A DNA stretch of 64,000 nucleotides, taken from positions 744,001 to 808,000 of the forward strand of contig AP026149.1 in NCBI GenBank assembly GCA_030295235.1. The letters are read 5' to 3'. Positions within the stretch are counted from its first letter, which is position 1. Each line of letters starts with the position of its first letter. Positions 11,894-24,379 of this stretch are shown one piece after another. Made by a program: the position numbers and the translations under genes. Below the pieces are notes generated by a model. It was not told the origin of the DNA. It searched no databases and worked only from the letters and a program-made list of their open reading frames with translations. The stretch comes from Fistulifera solaris (Eukaryota).

Positions 11894-13166
11894 GTTTTCA
11901 GAGTCTGAGATTAAAAAAATGTAAATAATATTATGAATCGAATATCGGAAGCACTCCTCATTCTTTATCCAGTGATTTTCGGAGAGAAGCCCTTATTTCA
12001 TGACAGCTTTTATTGGGAAGTAATGTACCGGTGAGGAAAGTGCAATGCGCACCTAAACTCGCAACAGGAAGAGAACAAATAATGATCTGATAAAATTATA
12101 CAAGCAAAGAAGATGGTGAGAGCCATTTTTCTTTGTCAAGAGACAAAGTGTATCATACAGGCACAGCAAGACAAGGAATGAGATTTTGAATATCCGAACT
12201 TGCTGTTGTAAAGTATGAGCACAGAAAGGTCCTAAACTTTCCACTAGACTACCAAAGTCAATCGTCCCTCTAGGGCTTTTATGACCGCATGCGGAGACTT
12301 TGTAAACTCACGCTGCGGTAGAAACCACCCGTCACTACATATTATAGTCATAACACAGCATTCTGCAATATCGCTTACCGTTCAGGACACCACATTGCTC
12401 AAGGAGGGTCGTCCATTCTCGTTCGTTCTATGTTCTATCTTGCTTTCTCTTTCGATTGATCCAAGAGAAAATAGAAATCTATTAGAGCCGCCTGATGACT
12501 ATTACATCAACGATCAATAACGATCGTATACTTGTATTAATAGTATGACGATCACGACATGCAGCAACAAAAAGGATGACGACTGATGACTATCGCGTCG
12601 TCAACAACTTTGGTACCGGTGTTCCCCGTTCACCTACTAGCTAGAGTACAACTTTACGTTTGAACACTTTCATTGCATCCAATGGACATGGACCGCATTT
12701 TTATTAATTTTCACCAAACGGAAGGACGAAAATAGATTACAGCAGACAGCAGCAACGTAAAGTACCAGGTACCTCTGCCGGTCGCCTTAGCAAGCGAAAT
12801 GAGTCGAATTCGATTTAACTTGATATTCTTCGATGTTTTCGGTGATGCCTCCTAGAGTGGGCATTTCTCATCATCAAATTGACACACGACTACTCATATC
12901 TAACTACAGATCGTGTGTGAATCTTTTTTTTACTTTTGTTCGTTAACCATCTATCTACCTGCATGATGTAGTTTCTTGTTTCTTTTCTATATTCCAGTGT
13001 TCGTCCGTACAGTCGTAGAGATGCCCATTGAAAAAAGGTGCGGGCATCGCACATTGGTGTGTGATTATGTAAGTAAGATGCATAAATGGAATTTCATCCA
13101 ATGACGTCCACAGAGATGTCAATTCCCTCCCGACAAGTGCTTTCGCGGCTGATTGACGGAGTTATA

Positions 13167-15177
13167 TTATTTCTTGCCGAACCAGCCATGGAACCAGCTA
13201 TATTGATGGAGATGTATAGTAACAGTCCCAGTCCCAGTCCCACTTGGACCGACTGGTATCGCTTCTTCGACTGGTATCGCTTCTTCGACTGGTATCGCTT
13301 CTTCGATTGGTATCGCTTCTTCGACTGGTGGCGCTTCTTCCTCATCTCTTCTTCCCCGGTTGAAAAATCTGTCCACCAATTTTTCGATCCAACGATCTCT
13401 TATCTCCAAGTAAATGCCAACAACAATGGCAATAAAACCACTTGAACCGACAATTCCGCCAACAATTGCTTTGACTTTTTCCACGGGTGTATCTTCCGAT
13501 GGCGTTGGTGCCGTAGATGATTCATCAGACCCTCCATTCGTCGGTTTTTTCTTCTTTCGACGGTTCGGGAGACGGGGGGACAGCTACTACCGGGACGGCC
13601 GAAACCCCGCTGGTCGGACATTCGAAGGAAACACGTTTTTCGTAAGTAAGCCCTTGCAAAACGGAGTTTGCTTTCAAATCCGTGGGATGCAAGAAGGGCG
13701 CTGCACACGTTGTCGCTTCAAACTGCCCTAAGGTAGAAAAACAAGTTGTGTCCTCCCGGCATATGGATCCTCCCGTAGCGTAGCGGATTGCTTCTCGCTC
13801 ACAAGGGTTGGTGGTAAAAGCTGGACAAGTTTGGCTTGATCGTCTAGCCAAAAGCTTAATGGCCTCGATGAGTTCTTCTTCTGTGTACTTGCCAATCAAG
13901 GCACTTAGTAGTATGTCGACACCTACCACACCTATGAAGCGCGCGGGCGTCACCGTACGGTCGTAGACGCCGACGGACACTGTCGTGCCTCTCCCACCGC
14001 TCCAGAAATCATAGGGCTCCGTCCAGGACGTCCTATTGGAGTTCTCGTCAGTGCCGAAGGTATTGGCAAACGCCTCATAGTAGTTGCCTAAGGCCGCGAT
14101 GATCTTCTCGTCAGAGTCGATCATCGTCCAGAAACCGTCTGCCAAACATGCCAGTTCCATTGGCAGAGAATGGACATCTCCATCTGCCTCGGGGTTTGTT
14201 ATCGAGTAGGTGAAGAGTAACACCGATTTGCCACTGTTACTTTTCGTCTGGTTGAGGCGGTCCATGACCATTGCCTTGAGCTCCTCCGGACCTATGTCCT
14301 CGGTCCGTTTCATCAATCCATCCGTCAAAAAGATGACAGCGGAGTTGCAATCCACCGCCACACCATTATCAATGGACGCATTTAGAATGTCGAAGCCCTT
14401 CTTCAGGCCATCGATCATGTTCGTCCCTTCGCCGACCTCAATCGACTTAATGAAACTGACTAAGGCGTTCTTGTTCTCCTTAGTTGCTTCAAAGAGGAAT
14501 TGGTCATCCTTTGCCAAGACGTTGACCGTCTCGTCAAAGAATACCACTGCAACCCGATCGCTCGGTGTGAGCGTGTTGATGATTCGGATGGTAGCTTCTT
14601 GCATGAGCTCCATACGGCCGTTGGTCCCCATCGATCCAGACTTGTCGAGAACCAATATGATATTCTTCGAGGCGGAACTTCCACCGATATACCAATCCCT
14701 CCCAGTGCAGTCGTAAAGACCGCACTCTTGGGATGGGCGACCAGGAAAAATTTGGAAGGCGCCTTCCTTACTACCGAAGAAGGCGGCCGAAGGACTAACT
14801 CCTAATTCTTTGAAAAAGGGTTTCATATTCTGCGCGAGCCATGGGTCCATCTTGCGACTCATGCAAATATTCTCAATGAAACGATGGTCCGAGGTATTCG
14901 TGTTCGGGGATGCGCGGAACACGCTCGTGGTCTCATCAATCCACCCCAGATTTGCATCGCAAGTCGGATGAGGCAATCGCGAGTCGCACTCATGGAAAGC
15001 TTGGCACCCATCCAACGCGGAGCAGCCTTCTTTGATATATCTTTCGATTTCATCTCGTAATGCGAGAAGGAATTCCTCAAGTTTCTTAGCGACTTGATCG
15101 AACTGCGCCGTGTTGAATCCATTGACTGAGGTAGCCAATGAAATGATGAGGTAAAAGAATGCTCTTTTAAAATTCAT
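13167..15177 (-). CDS. alpha2delta/CACHD1-like VWA + Cache type I membrane protein, copy 2
   Basis: Signal peptide MNFKRAFFYLIISLATSVNG; DKSGS MIDAS motif with FLTDG; WTEPY...FIGVVGVDI; TM AIVGGIVGSSGFIAIVVGIYL; EEAIPV tail. One homopolymer indel near 13548 that is absent from copy 3. Confidence 0.88.
13254..13340. repeat. 18-bp tandem repeat x5 (EEAIPV); counterpart at ~18703-18789
   Basis: tggtatcgcttcttcgac units. Confidence 0.9.
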
Positions 15178-16557
15178 GATCTCCCTCTCGATTTTGAAAT
15201 GAATCAAAGAAAAAGGATTAGTTGGGGTGTTCCGAAGGATAGGATATAGGATAGCATTTTGCTCACCGAAACAGGGTGCGCGGTGCGCATCCACTATCCA
15301 CTTGCAACTTGCAATACAGGTCACAGGTCACAGGTACGTCGCCGGTACTGTTCACCTTCACGGTACTGTGAATTGACACTCAGAAAATATTTTTGCGTCG
15401 CGGGTGCGAGCCCCTTGTTAGACTTCATTTTGTTAGACACGATTCCGGTTCCGGAGCCAAGCACTGAACACTGGGCAATGGGCACTGTGAAGATTTAGAT
15501 TTGCTATTTGCTGCGTTCCCCGTTCCCGCTCCTTTCATAGTCCAGAGATCTTCATAAGTCAAAAGCGAAAAAATCTTTCGTGATTCATAAATAGCCAATA
15601 GCCACTATTGCCCCTAGCCCCACTGTACTGGGACTTGTAACCAGACACCGAGAGACCGTTTTTCTGTCTCACGCACGTCAAGGTTTTGTTGCAAGTCCGT
15701 AAGATCTTGACGGATTGTTATGTCGTTTCTCGTTTCGTGATTCATTTTCTCGATAGATAGGTAGTAGTAGAGTGTGGCGTTTCCAGTTTCCCACGCCTGT
15801 ATGATGTGCCCTAAGTACAAGCTATATCAACAAGACTGTACACTGCACTGCAACCATCTACCATCTTATTTGTTTGTTTGTCGTTTCTCGTTTCGTGATT
15901 CATTTTCTTTGTTGGTCTTTTCCGAAGACGTGAGATACGCCCTCAGTACAAGCTATTTTGCTATTTGGAACAAAACTGTACTGCAGCCGAAGGAGGAACA
16001 TTAAAAAAATCTTACTTCGTAATATTTATTCCTAATTTCCTAAAGTCAGTACCTTTTTGTCTGGCACGTTCGAATTTCGAATTCGGAGTGTCAATTTTCA
16101 TGCTGCTGGTATTTTCGGCTTTTCATCTACTGAGACGGGCCAAATCGAAAATGGAAGTTAGCCGGAACCAAAATTGTAAATTGTGCTTTTTTGGTGCAAT
16201 GTCTGCATGACAGAGAGAAAGGCTCACACTTGACACTTGGCTCTGTGGGCGGCTCTTTCTAAATTATTTATGGTTGGTAGGCGAACGATTCCATCGTCGT
16301 CGTTGATTGCGCTCTCTCCATTCTTCCGTCCCTCCCCGCTTGCTTTTGTAGGACGGATATGTCTTCCCTCATACCTGGTATTGTTGCATGAAGTTCTGTA
16401 TGTTTTCATGATCACTGTTATAAAAAAAGGTCTCATAATTCGCACAAGAAAAAAGTCGACGGTACCAGGTAGACCGAGAGCGTTTCGGATCCTCCGCTGG
16501 AGCGCCTCGACTGCGTATCGCAGAGCCACTGATGAGTCGATGGACTCCAACACACTT

Positions 16558-17340
16558 TCAAGAAAGGATGTTCGTGAGCGTATGTGACGGGAACACATGC
16601 AGAAACGATGGATGGAAAAAAAGTAGAATAATGTCAACAATCAGTGCGCGATGCGCGACCAAAAGACGGTTGATTGTCGGGAATATTGTGGGTATGAAGA
16701 CGCAATCTTGTCGCGCTTTGTTCCCTTCCAATTCCCGCGCTCTGGAAGGGAGCTCTTTCGACAGATGCGACAAATAAGGAATCGTTGAACAGCAGTGCCA
16801 GATGGCCAATTGAATTGTTGCCGCCTGAACGAAAAGGTCGTTCTCTTCTGGTGTGATTTGTTGTAAAAGCCTATCCGCAAGCTTCATCAACGAGGGCATC
16901 GTTGAGTGGTAATGCATAGCAAAGTGATTCGCTAAGCCAGTATTGTACAGCAGAATGGCAGATTGCATGTCAAGATCTTCGTAGCAGGCTGTGTCGATAT
17001 CGCTGATACGAATTGTATACAGCGTAGGATGATGTTGACGACATTGAGTGTTCTTCATGGAATCGATAAAAGATATTGGGTCATCCGTTAGATCCATAAA
17101 GACAGGAACGTTCTTGGCGGAAGATTGGGAAAATGATTCACTGTATCGTTGACACAATCGCAACTGAGCACGTCGCAACATATGCCATTCGTCTTCGACC
17201 GACTGATTGGTTAATATTTCTTTCATGAGGCGCGTCGCGTCGTGCAGTGTTGCCAACGCTTCTTTGAATAAATGGCGATGTAGCATCTCCACACCCATGT
17301 TGTTGAGCGCCATTGCGGTGCGTGACAAAACGGGTGACAT
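16558..17340 (-). CDS. Uncharacterised helical/TPR-like protein, 260 aa
   Basis: Intact ORF with ALNNMGV...EALATLHDA and SAILLYNTGLANH helical motifs. Confidence 0.65.
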   Translation of the reverse strand: MSPVLSRTAMALNNMGVEMLHRHLFKEALATLHDATRLMKEILTNQSVEDEWHMLRRAQLRLCQRYSESFSQSSAKNVPVFMDLTDDPISFIDSMKNTQCRQHHPTLYTIRISDIDTACYEDLDMQSAILLYNTGLANHFAMHYHSTMPSLMKLADRLLQQITPEENDLFVQAATIQLAIWHCCSTIPYLSHLSKELPSRARELEGNKARQDCVFIPTIFPTINRLLVAHRALIVDIILLFFHPSFLHVFPSHTLTNILS

Positions 17341-18615
17341 GTTTTCAGAGTCTGAGATTAAAAAAATGTAAATAATATTATGAATCGAATATCGGAAGCA
17401 CTCCTCATTCTTTATCCAGTGATTTTCGGAGAGAAGCCCTTATTTCATGACAGCTTTTATTGGGAAGTAATGTACCGGTGAGGAAAGTGCAATGCGCACC
17501 TAAACTCGCAACAGGAAGAGAACAAATAATGATCTGATAAAATTATACAAGCAAAGAAGATGGTGAGAGCCATTTTTCTTTGTCAAGAGACAAAGTGTAT
17601 CATACAGGCACAGCAAGACAAGGAATGAGATTTTGCATATCCGAACTTGCTGTTGTAAAGTATGAGCATAGAAAGGTCCTAAACTTTCCACTAGACAACC
17701 AAAGTCATTCGTCCTTCTAGGGCTTTTATGACCGCATGCGGAGACTTTGTAAACTCACGCTGCGGTAGAAACCACCCGTCACTACATATTATAGTCATAA
17801 CTAACACATTCTGCAACATACTTACCGTTCAGGACACCACATTGCTCAAGGAGGGTCGTCCATTCTCGTTCGTTCTATGTTCTATCTTGCTTTCTCTTTC
17901 GATTGATCCAAGAGAAAATAGAAATCTATTAGAGCCGCCTGATGACTATTACATCAACGATCAATAACGATCGTATACTTGTATTAATAGTATGACGATC
18001 ACGACATGCAGCAACAAAAAGGATGACGACTGATGACTATCGCGTCGTCAACAACTTTGGTACCGGTGTTCCCCGTTCACCTACTAGCTAGAGTACAACT
18101 TTACGTTTGAACACTTTCATTGCATCCAATGGACATGGACCGCATTTTTATTAATTTTCACCAAACGGAAGGACGAAAATAGATGACAGCAGACAGCAGC
18201 AACGTAAAGTACCAGGTACCTCTGCCGGTCGCCTTAGCAAGCGAAATGAGTCGAATTCGATTTAACTTGATATTCTTCGATGTTTTCGGTGATGCCTCCT
18301 AGAGTGGGCATTTCTCATCATCAAATTGACACACGACTACTCATATCTAACTACAGATCGTGTGTGAATCTTTTTTTTTACTTTTGTTCGTTAACCATCT
18401 ATCTACCTGCAGGATGTAGTTTCTTGTTTCTTGTCTATATTCCAGTGTTCGTCCGTACAGTCGTAGAGATGCCCATTGAAAAAAAGGTGCGGGCATCGCA
18501 CATTGGTGTGTGATTATGTAAGTAAGATGCATAAATGGAATTTCATCCAATGACGTCCACAGAGATGTCAATTCCCTCCCGACAAGTGCTTTCGCGGCTG
18601 ATTGACGGAGTTATA

Positions 18616-20624
18616 TTATTTCTTGCCGAACCAGCCATGGAACCAGCTATATTGATGGAGATGTATAGTAACAGTCCCAGTCCCAGTCCCACTTGGACCG
18701 ACTGGTATCGCTTCATCGACTGGTATCGCTTCTTCGACTGGTATCGCTTCTTCGATTGGTATCGCTTCTTCGACTGGTGGCGCTTCTTCCTCATCTCTTC
18801 TTCCCCGGTTGAAAAATCTGTCCACCAATTTTTCGATCCAACGATCTCTTATCTCCAAGTAAATGCCAACAACAATGGCAATAAAACCACTTGAACCGAC
18901 AATTCCGCCAACAATTGCTTTGACTTTTTCCACGGGTGTATCTTCCGATGGCGTTGGTGCCGTAGATGATTCATCAGACCCTCCATTCGTCGGTTTTTCT
19001 TCTTTCGACGGTTCGGGAGACGGGGGGACAGCTACTACCGGGACGGCCGAAACCCCGCTGGTCGGACATTCGAAGGAAACACGTTTTTCGTAAGTAAGCC
19101 CTTGCAAAACGGAGTTTGCTTTCAAATCCGTGGGATGCAAGAAGGGCGCTGCACACGTTGTCGCTTCAAACTGCCCTAAGGTAGAAAAACAAGTTGTGTC
19201 CTCCCGGCATATGGATGCTCCCGTAGCGTAGCGGATTGCCTCTCGCTCACAAGGGTTGGTGGTAAAAGCTGGACAAGTTTGGCTTGATCGTCTAGCCAAA
19301 AGCTTAATGGCCTCGATGAGTTCTTCTTCTGTGTACTTGCCAATCAAGGCACTTAGTAGTATGTCGACACCTACCACACCTATGAAGCGCGCGGGCGTCA
19401 CCGTACGGTCGTAGACGCCCACGGACACTGTCGTGCCTCTCCCTCCGCTCCAATAATCATAGGGCTCCGTCCAGGACGTCCTATTGGAGTTCTCGTCAGT
19501 GCCGAAGGTATTGGCAAACGCCTCATAGTAGTTGCCTAAGGCCGCGATGATCTTCTCGTCAGAGTCGATCATCGTCCAGAAACCGTCTGCCAAACATGCC
19601 AGTTCCATTGGTAGAGAATGGACATCTCCATCTGCCTCGGGGTTTGTTATCGAGTAGGTGAAGAGTAACACCGATTTGCCACTGTTACTTTTCGTCTGGT
19701 TGAGGCGGTCCATGACCATTGCCTTGAGCTCCTCCGGACCTATGTCCTCGGTCCGTTTCATCAATCCATCCGTCAAAAGATGACAGCGGAGTTGCAATCC
19801 ACCGCCACACCATTATCAATGGACGCATTTAGAATGTCGAAGCCCTTCTTCAGGCCATCGATCATGTTCGTCCCTTCGCCGACCTCAATCGACTTAATGA
19901 AACTGACTAAGGCGTTCTTGTTCTCCTTAGTTGCTTCAAAGAGGAATTGGTCATCCTTTGCCAAGACGTTGACCGTCTCGTCAAAGAATACCACTGCAAC
20001 CCGATCGCTCGGTGTGAGCGTGTTGATGATTCGGATGGTAGCTTCTTGCATGAGCTCCATACGGCCGTTGGTCCCCATCGATCCAGACTTGTCGAGAACC
20101 AATATGATATTCTTCGAGGCGGAACTTCCACCGATATACCAATCCCTCCCAGTGCAGTCGTAAAGACCGCACTCTTGGGATGGGCGACCAGGAAAAATTT
20201 GGAAGGCGCCTTCCTTACTACCGAAGAAGGCGGCCGAAGGACTAACTCCTAATTCTTTGAAAAAGGGTTTCATATTCTGCGCGAGCCATGGGTCCATCTT
20301 GCGACTCATGCAAATATTCTCAATGAAACGATGGTCCGAGGTATTCGTGTTCGGGGATGCGCGGAACACGCTCGTGGTCTCATCAATCCACCCCAGATTT
20401 GCATCGCAAGTCGGATGAGGCAATCGCGAGTCGCACTCATGGAAAGCTTGGCACCCATCCAACGCGGAGCAGCCTTCTTTGATATATCTTTCGATTTCAT
20501 CTCGTAATGCGAGAAGGAATTCCTCAAGTTTCTTAGCGACTTGATCGAACTGCGCCGTGTTGAATCCATTGACTGAGGTAGCCAATGAAATGATGAGGTA
20601 AAAGAATGCTCTTTTAAAATTCAT
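18616..20624 (-). CDS. alpha2delta/CACHD1-like VWA + Cache type I membrane protein, copy 3
   Basis: Near-identical to copy 2. Single homopolymer indel at ~19776 (4 A versus 5 A in copy 2). Confidence 0.88.
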
Positions 20625-22001
20625 GATCTCCCTCTCGATTTTGAAATGAATCAAAGAAAAAGGATTAGTTGGGGTGTTCCGAAGGATAGGATATAGGATA
20701 GCATTTTGCTCACCGAAACAGGGTGCGCGGTGCGCATCCACTATCCACTTGCAACTTGCAATACAGGTCACAGGTCACAGGTACGTCGCCGGTACTGTTC
20801 ACCTTCACGGTACTGTGAATTGACACTCAGAAAATATTTTTGCGTCGCGGGTGCGAGCCCCTTGTTAGACTTCATTTTGTTAGACACGATTCCGGTTCCG
20901 GAGCCAAGCACTGAACACTGGGCAATGGGCACTGTGAAGATTTAGATTTGCTATTTGCTGCGTTCCCCGTTCCCGCTCCTTTCATAGTCCAGAGATCTTC
21001 ATAAGTCAAAAGCGAAAAAATCTTTCGTGATTCATAAATAGCCAATAGCCACTATTGCCCCTAGCCCCACTGTACTGGGACTTGTAACCAGACACCGAGA
21101 CACCGTTTTTCTGTCTCACGCACGTCAAGGTTTTGTTGCAAGTCCGTAAGATCTTGACGGATTGTTATGTCGTTTCTCGTTTCGTGATTCATTTTCTCGA
21201 TAGATAGGTAGTAGAGTGTGGCGTTTCCAGTTTCCCACGCCTGTATGATATGCCCTAAGTACAAGCTATATCAACAAGACTGTACACTGCACTGCAACCA
21301 TCTACCATCTTATTTGTTTGTTTGTCGTTTCTCGTTTCGTGATTCATTTTCTTTGTTGGTCTTTTCCGAAGACGTGAGATACGCCCTCAGTACAAGCTAT
21401 TTTGCTATTTGGAACAAAACTGTACTGCAACCGAAGGAGGAACATTAAAAAAATCTTACTTCGTAATATTTATTCCTAATTTCCTAAAGTCAGTACCTTT
21501 TTGTCTGGCACGTTCGAATTTCGAATTCGGAGTGTCAATTTTCATGCTGCTGGTATTTTCGGCTTTTCATCTACTGAGACGGGCTAAATCGAAAATGGAA
21601 GTTAGCCGGAACCAAAATTGTAAATTGTGCTTTTTTTGGTGCAATGTCTGCATGACAGAGAGAAAGGCTCACACTTGACACTTGGCTCTGTGGGCGGCTC
21701 TTTCTAAATTATTTATGGTTGGTAGGCGAACGATTCCATCGTCGTCGTTGATTGCGCTCTCTCCATTCTTCCGTCCCTCCCCGCTTGCTTTTGTAGGACG
21801 GATATGTCTTCCTCATACCTGGTATTGTTGCATGAAGTTCTGTATGTTTTCATGATCACTGTTATAAAAAAAGGTCTCATAATTCGCACAAGAAAAAAGT
21901 CGACGGTACCAGGTAGACCGAGAGCGTTTCGGATCCTCCGCTGGAGCGCCTCGACTGCGTATCGCAGAGCCACTGATGAGTCGATGGACTCCAACACACT
22001 T

Positions 22002-22784
22002 TCAAGAAAGGATGTTCGTGAGCGTATGTGACGGGAACACATGCAGAAACGATGGATGGAAAAAAAGTAGAATAATGTCAACAATCAGTGCGCGATGCGC
22101 GACCAAAAGACGGTTGATTGTCGGGAATATTGTGGGTATGAAGACGCAATCTTGTCGCGCTTTGTTCCCTTCCAATTCCCGTGCTCTGGAAGGGAGCTCT
22201 TTCGACAAATGCGATAAATAAGGAATCGTTGAACAGCAGTGCCAAATGGCCAACTGAATTGTTGCCGCCTGAACGAAAAGGTCGTTCTCTTCTGGAGTGA
22301 TTTGTTGTAAAAGCCTATCCGCAAGCTTCATCAACGAGGGCATCGTTGAGTGGTAATGCATTGCAAAGTGATTCGCTAAGCCAGTATTGTACAGCAGAAT
22401 GGCAGACTGCATGTCAAGATCTTCGTAGCAGGCTGTGTCGATATCGCTGATACGAATTGTATACAGCGTAGGATGATGTTGACGACATTGAGTGTTCTTC
22501 ATGGAATCGATAAAAGATATTGGGTCATCCGTTAGATCCATAAAGACAGGAACGTTCTTGGCGGAAGATTGGGAAAATGATTCACTGTATCGTTGACACA
22601 ATCGCAACTGAGCACGTCGCAACACATGCCATTCGTCTTCGACCGACTGATTGGTTAATATTTCTTTCATGAGGCGCGTCGCGTCGTGCAGTGTTGCCAA
22701 CGCATCTTTGAATAAATGGCGATGTAGCATCTCCACACCCATGTTGTTGAGCGCCATTGCGGTGCGTGACAAAACGGGTGACAT
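22002..22784 (-). CDS. Uncharacterised helical/TPR-like protein, 260 aa (the copy retaining its native upstream region)
   Basis: Intact ORF, two amino-acid differences from 16558..17340. Confidence 0.7.
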   Translation of the reverse strand: MSPVLSRTAMALNNMGVEMLHRHLFKDALATLHDATRLMKEILTNQSVEDEWHVLRRAQLRLCQRYSESFSQSSAKNVPVFMDLTDDPISFIDSMKNTQCRQHHPTLYTIRISDIDTACYEDLDMQSAILLYNTGLANHFAMHYHSTMPSLMKLADRLLQQITPEENDLFVQAATIQLAIWHCCSTIPYLSHLSKELPSRARELEGNKARQDCVFIPTIFPTINRLLVAHRALIVDIILLFFHPSFLHVFPSHTLTNILS

Positions 22785-24379
22785 GTTTTCAGAGTCAGAG
22801 ATTAAAAAATGTAAATAATATTATGAAGAAGCGAGAGTTGCTTGGGGCTAGGCAGTTTTGATTATTCATTCAGGATGACTGGTCAATGAGTATCGATGTG
22901 AGAAGCGCGACATGCGTTTTCTTCCTTCCTTCGTTTCTTCATCAACGAAACACGAAACGCCGAAGTCCGAAGTGGGAGAGATAGAACGAGAAACAAGATC
23001 AAAGAACTCCAACACGGTTATTCCTTTTGGTTTCCTCAGAATTCCACAAGGCCCTCTCGAAATCCGGATCAAAAAAATACGCACGAAAACTACATAGTAG
23101 TGGCATATGCCTGAGATCCGGAGAACATATTTGACGGAAATAGAGTCTTTTCTGCTTCGCGGGCCCGCAGACTACGATTAACGATTATCGATACGATGAT
23201 CGATGATTATAGTTCGACAAATATCGATATTTCGATTTTTACCGAATATCAATATCGTATTATACGATATAATAACCGATATTAATATCGGCGACCGTCT
23301 GTCTTCGCCCGCAAAATACAGACATTTTAGCGTAAATGCCTCAAATCCGTCTGTCAGGCGTACGAATATCGATAAATATCGATATTGGGAAAAATGGCTC
23401 TGATATAATACGTTATTATAACGTGAATATCGGTATTCGTTATTTGTTATTTTGGAGTGTGTCGAACTATGTCGATGATCGATGATGCCGCGGAAAACGC
23501 GGAAAAGCAAAGGGATTTTGTACACGCAAGCAGAACTAAAAATCGGAACTAGGGGCGAGAGAACAAAAACCAAAAGTTCGTTGTCGAAGTTCGGAGTTTC
23601 GTTGGTTTCTGTATCGTGAATTATGTAATATGTTTCGTCCTATTGAATCCGAAAAAAACAGAAGAGAAAAAAAGCCAAAAAGTCAGTTGTCCCTCTAGAG
23701 CCCCAACACTAAAAACGAAAATGTGCATTGAAGTGAAGTCTCGAGTCAGTCTCGAGGTCCACCTTTTCCTTTTACCTGGCTTTCAGCTTCGCAACATTGA
23801 AGAAGCCAAATTTTCACAAGAGAACGGAATATGACTATCATTTTGGATGATCGGCAATGGTTGGAGAGCGTTGTTCGTTATTCTGCAAGCGCTTTTGTCC
23901 TCGGAAGTCGGGATTTGAGTTCAAGCTATCTGCTGGGGGTATCATCACTCTAGAGTGAAGGCTTGGCGCCTTTGCTTCCTAGGTACCCCTATTATTCAGC
24001 TCTTTATCTTCCTTCTGCTCTTGGTTTAAACTATCGCCAGCAAATTTGTAGCCCATGGCAAAGATTTGGTCGCTTATAGTTGCTTTTTGGAGCAAAGAAA
24101 CTAAATACTGCAGATGGCTTCAGACAAAAACGTACAGGTTTCCATTTACATCATCGCCGACCTTCTTCTAAACGATTTAACCAAAGTGCATGATAGACAC
24201 CGACACTAAAAAAAAATTCAATTCTTTCGATGCGACACCACAATCTTTGTCAAGCTCATGCTGTTAAAAATGCTGGAAATAAGTTGACATCGCTTATGCG
24301 ATTCAAGTAAACCTTGGATCGTTCATCTTCTGGGTATTATGAACATGATGAGAGTTCGAACAATTCATGTTGAAACCAT

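Larger units (their letters stand above)
6459..22827. repeat. Tandem segmental triplication, units ~6459-11936, 11937-17383 and 17384-22827
   Basis: cgaatatcggaagcactcctcattc recurs at 6461, 11939 and 17386. Each unit ends ...taaataatattatga(a). Units 2 and 3 are near-identical; unit 1 is a mosaic. Confidence 0.95.

Noticed and set aside
15178..15324. N-terminal extension MTCIASC... of the VWA ORF (also 20625-20771)
   Set aside because: It begins at a non-ATG codon. The signal peptide begins at MNFKRAFF, matching the ATG position in copy 1.
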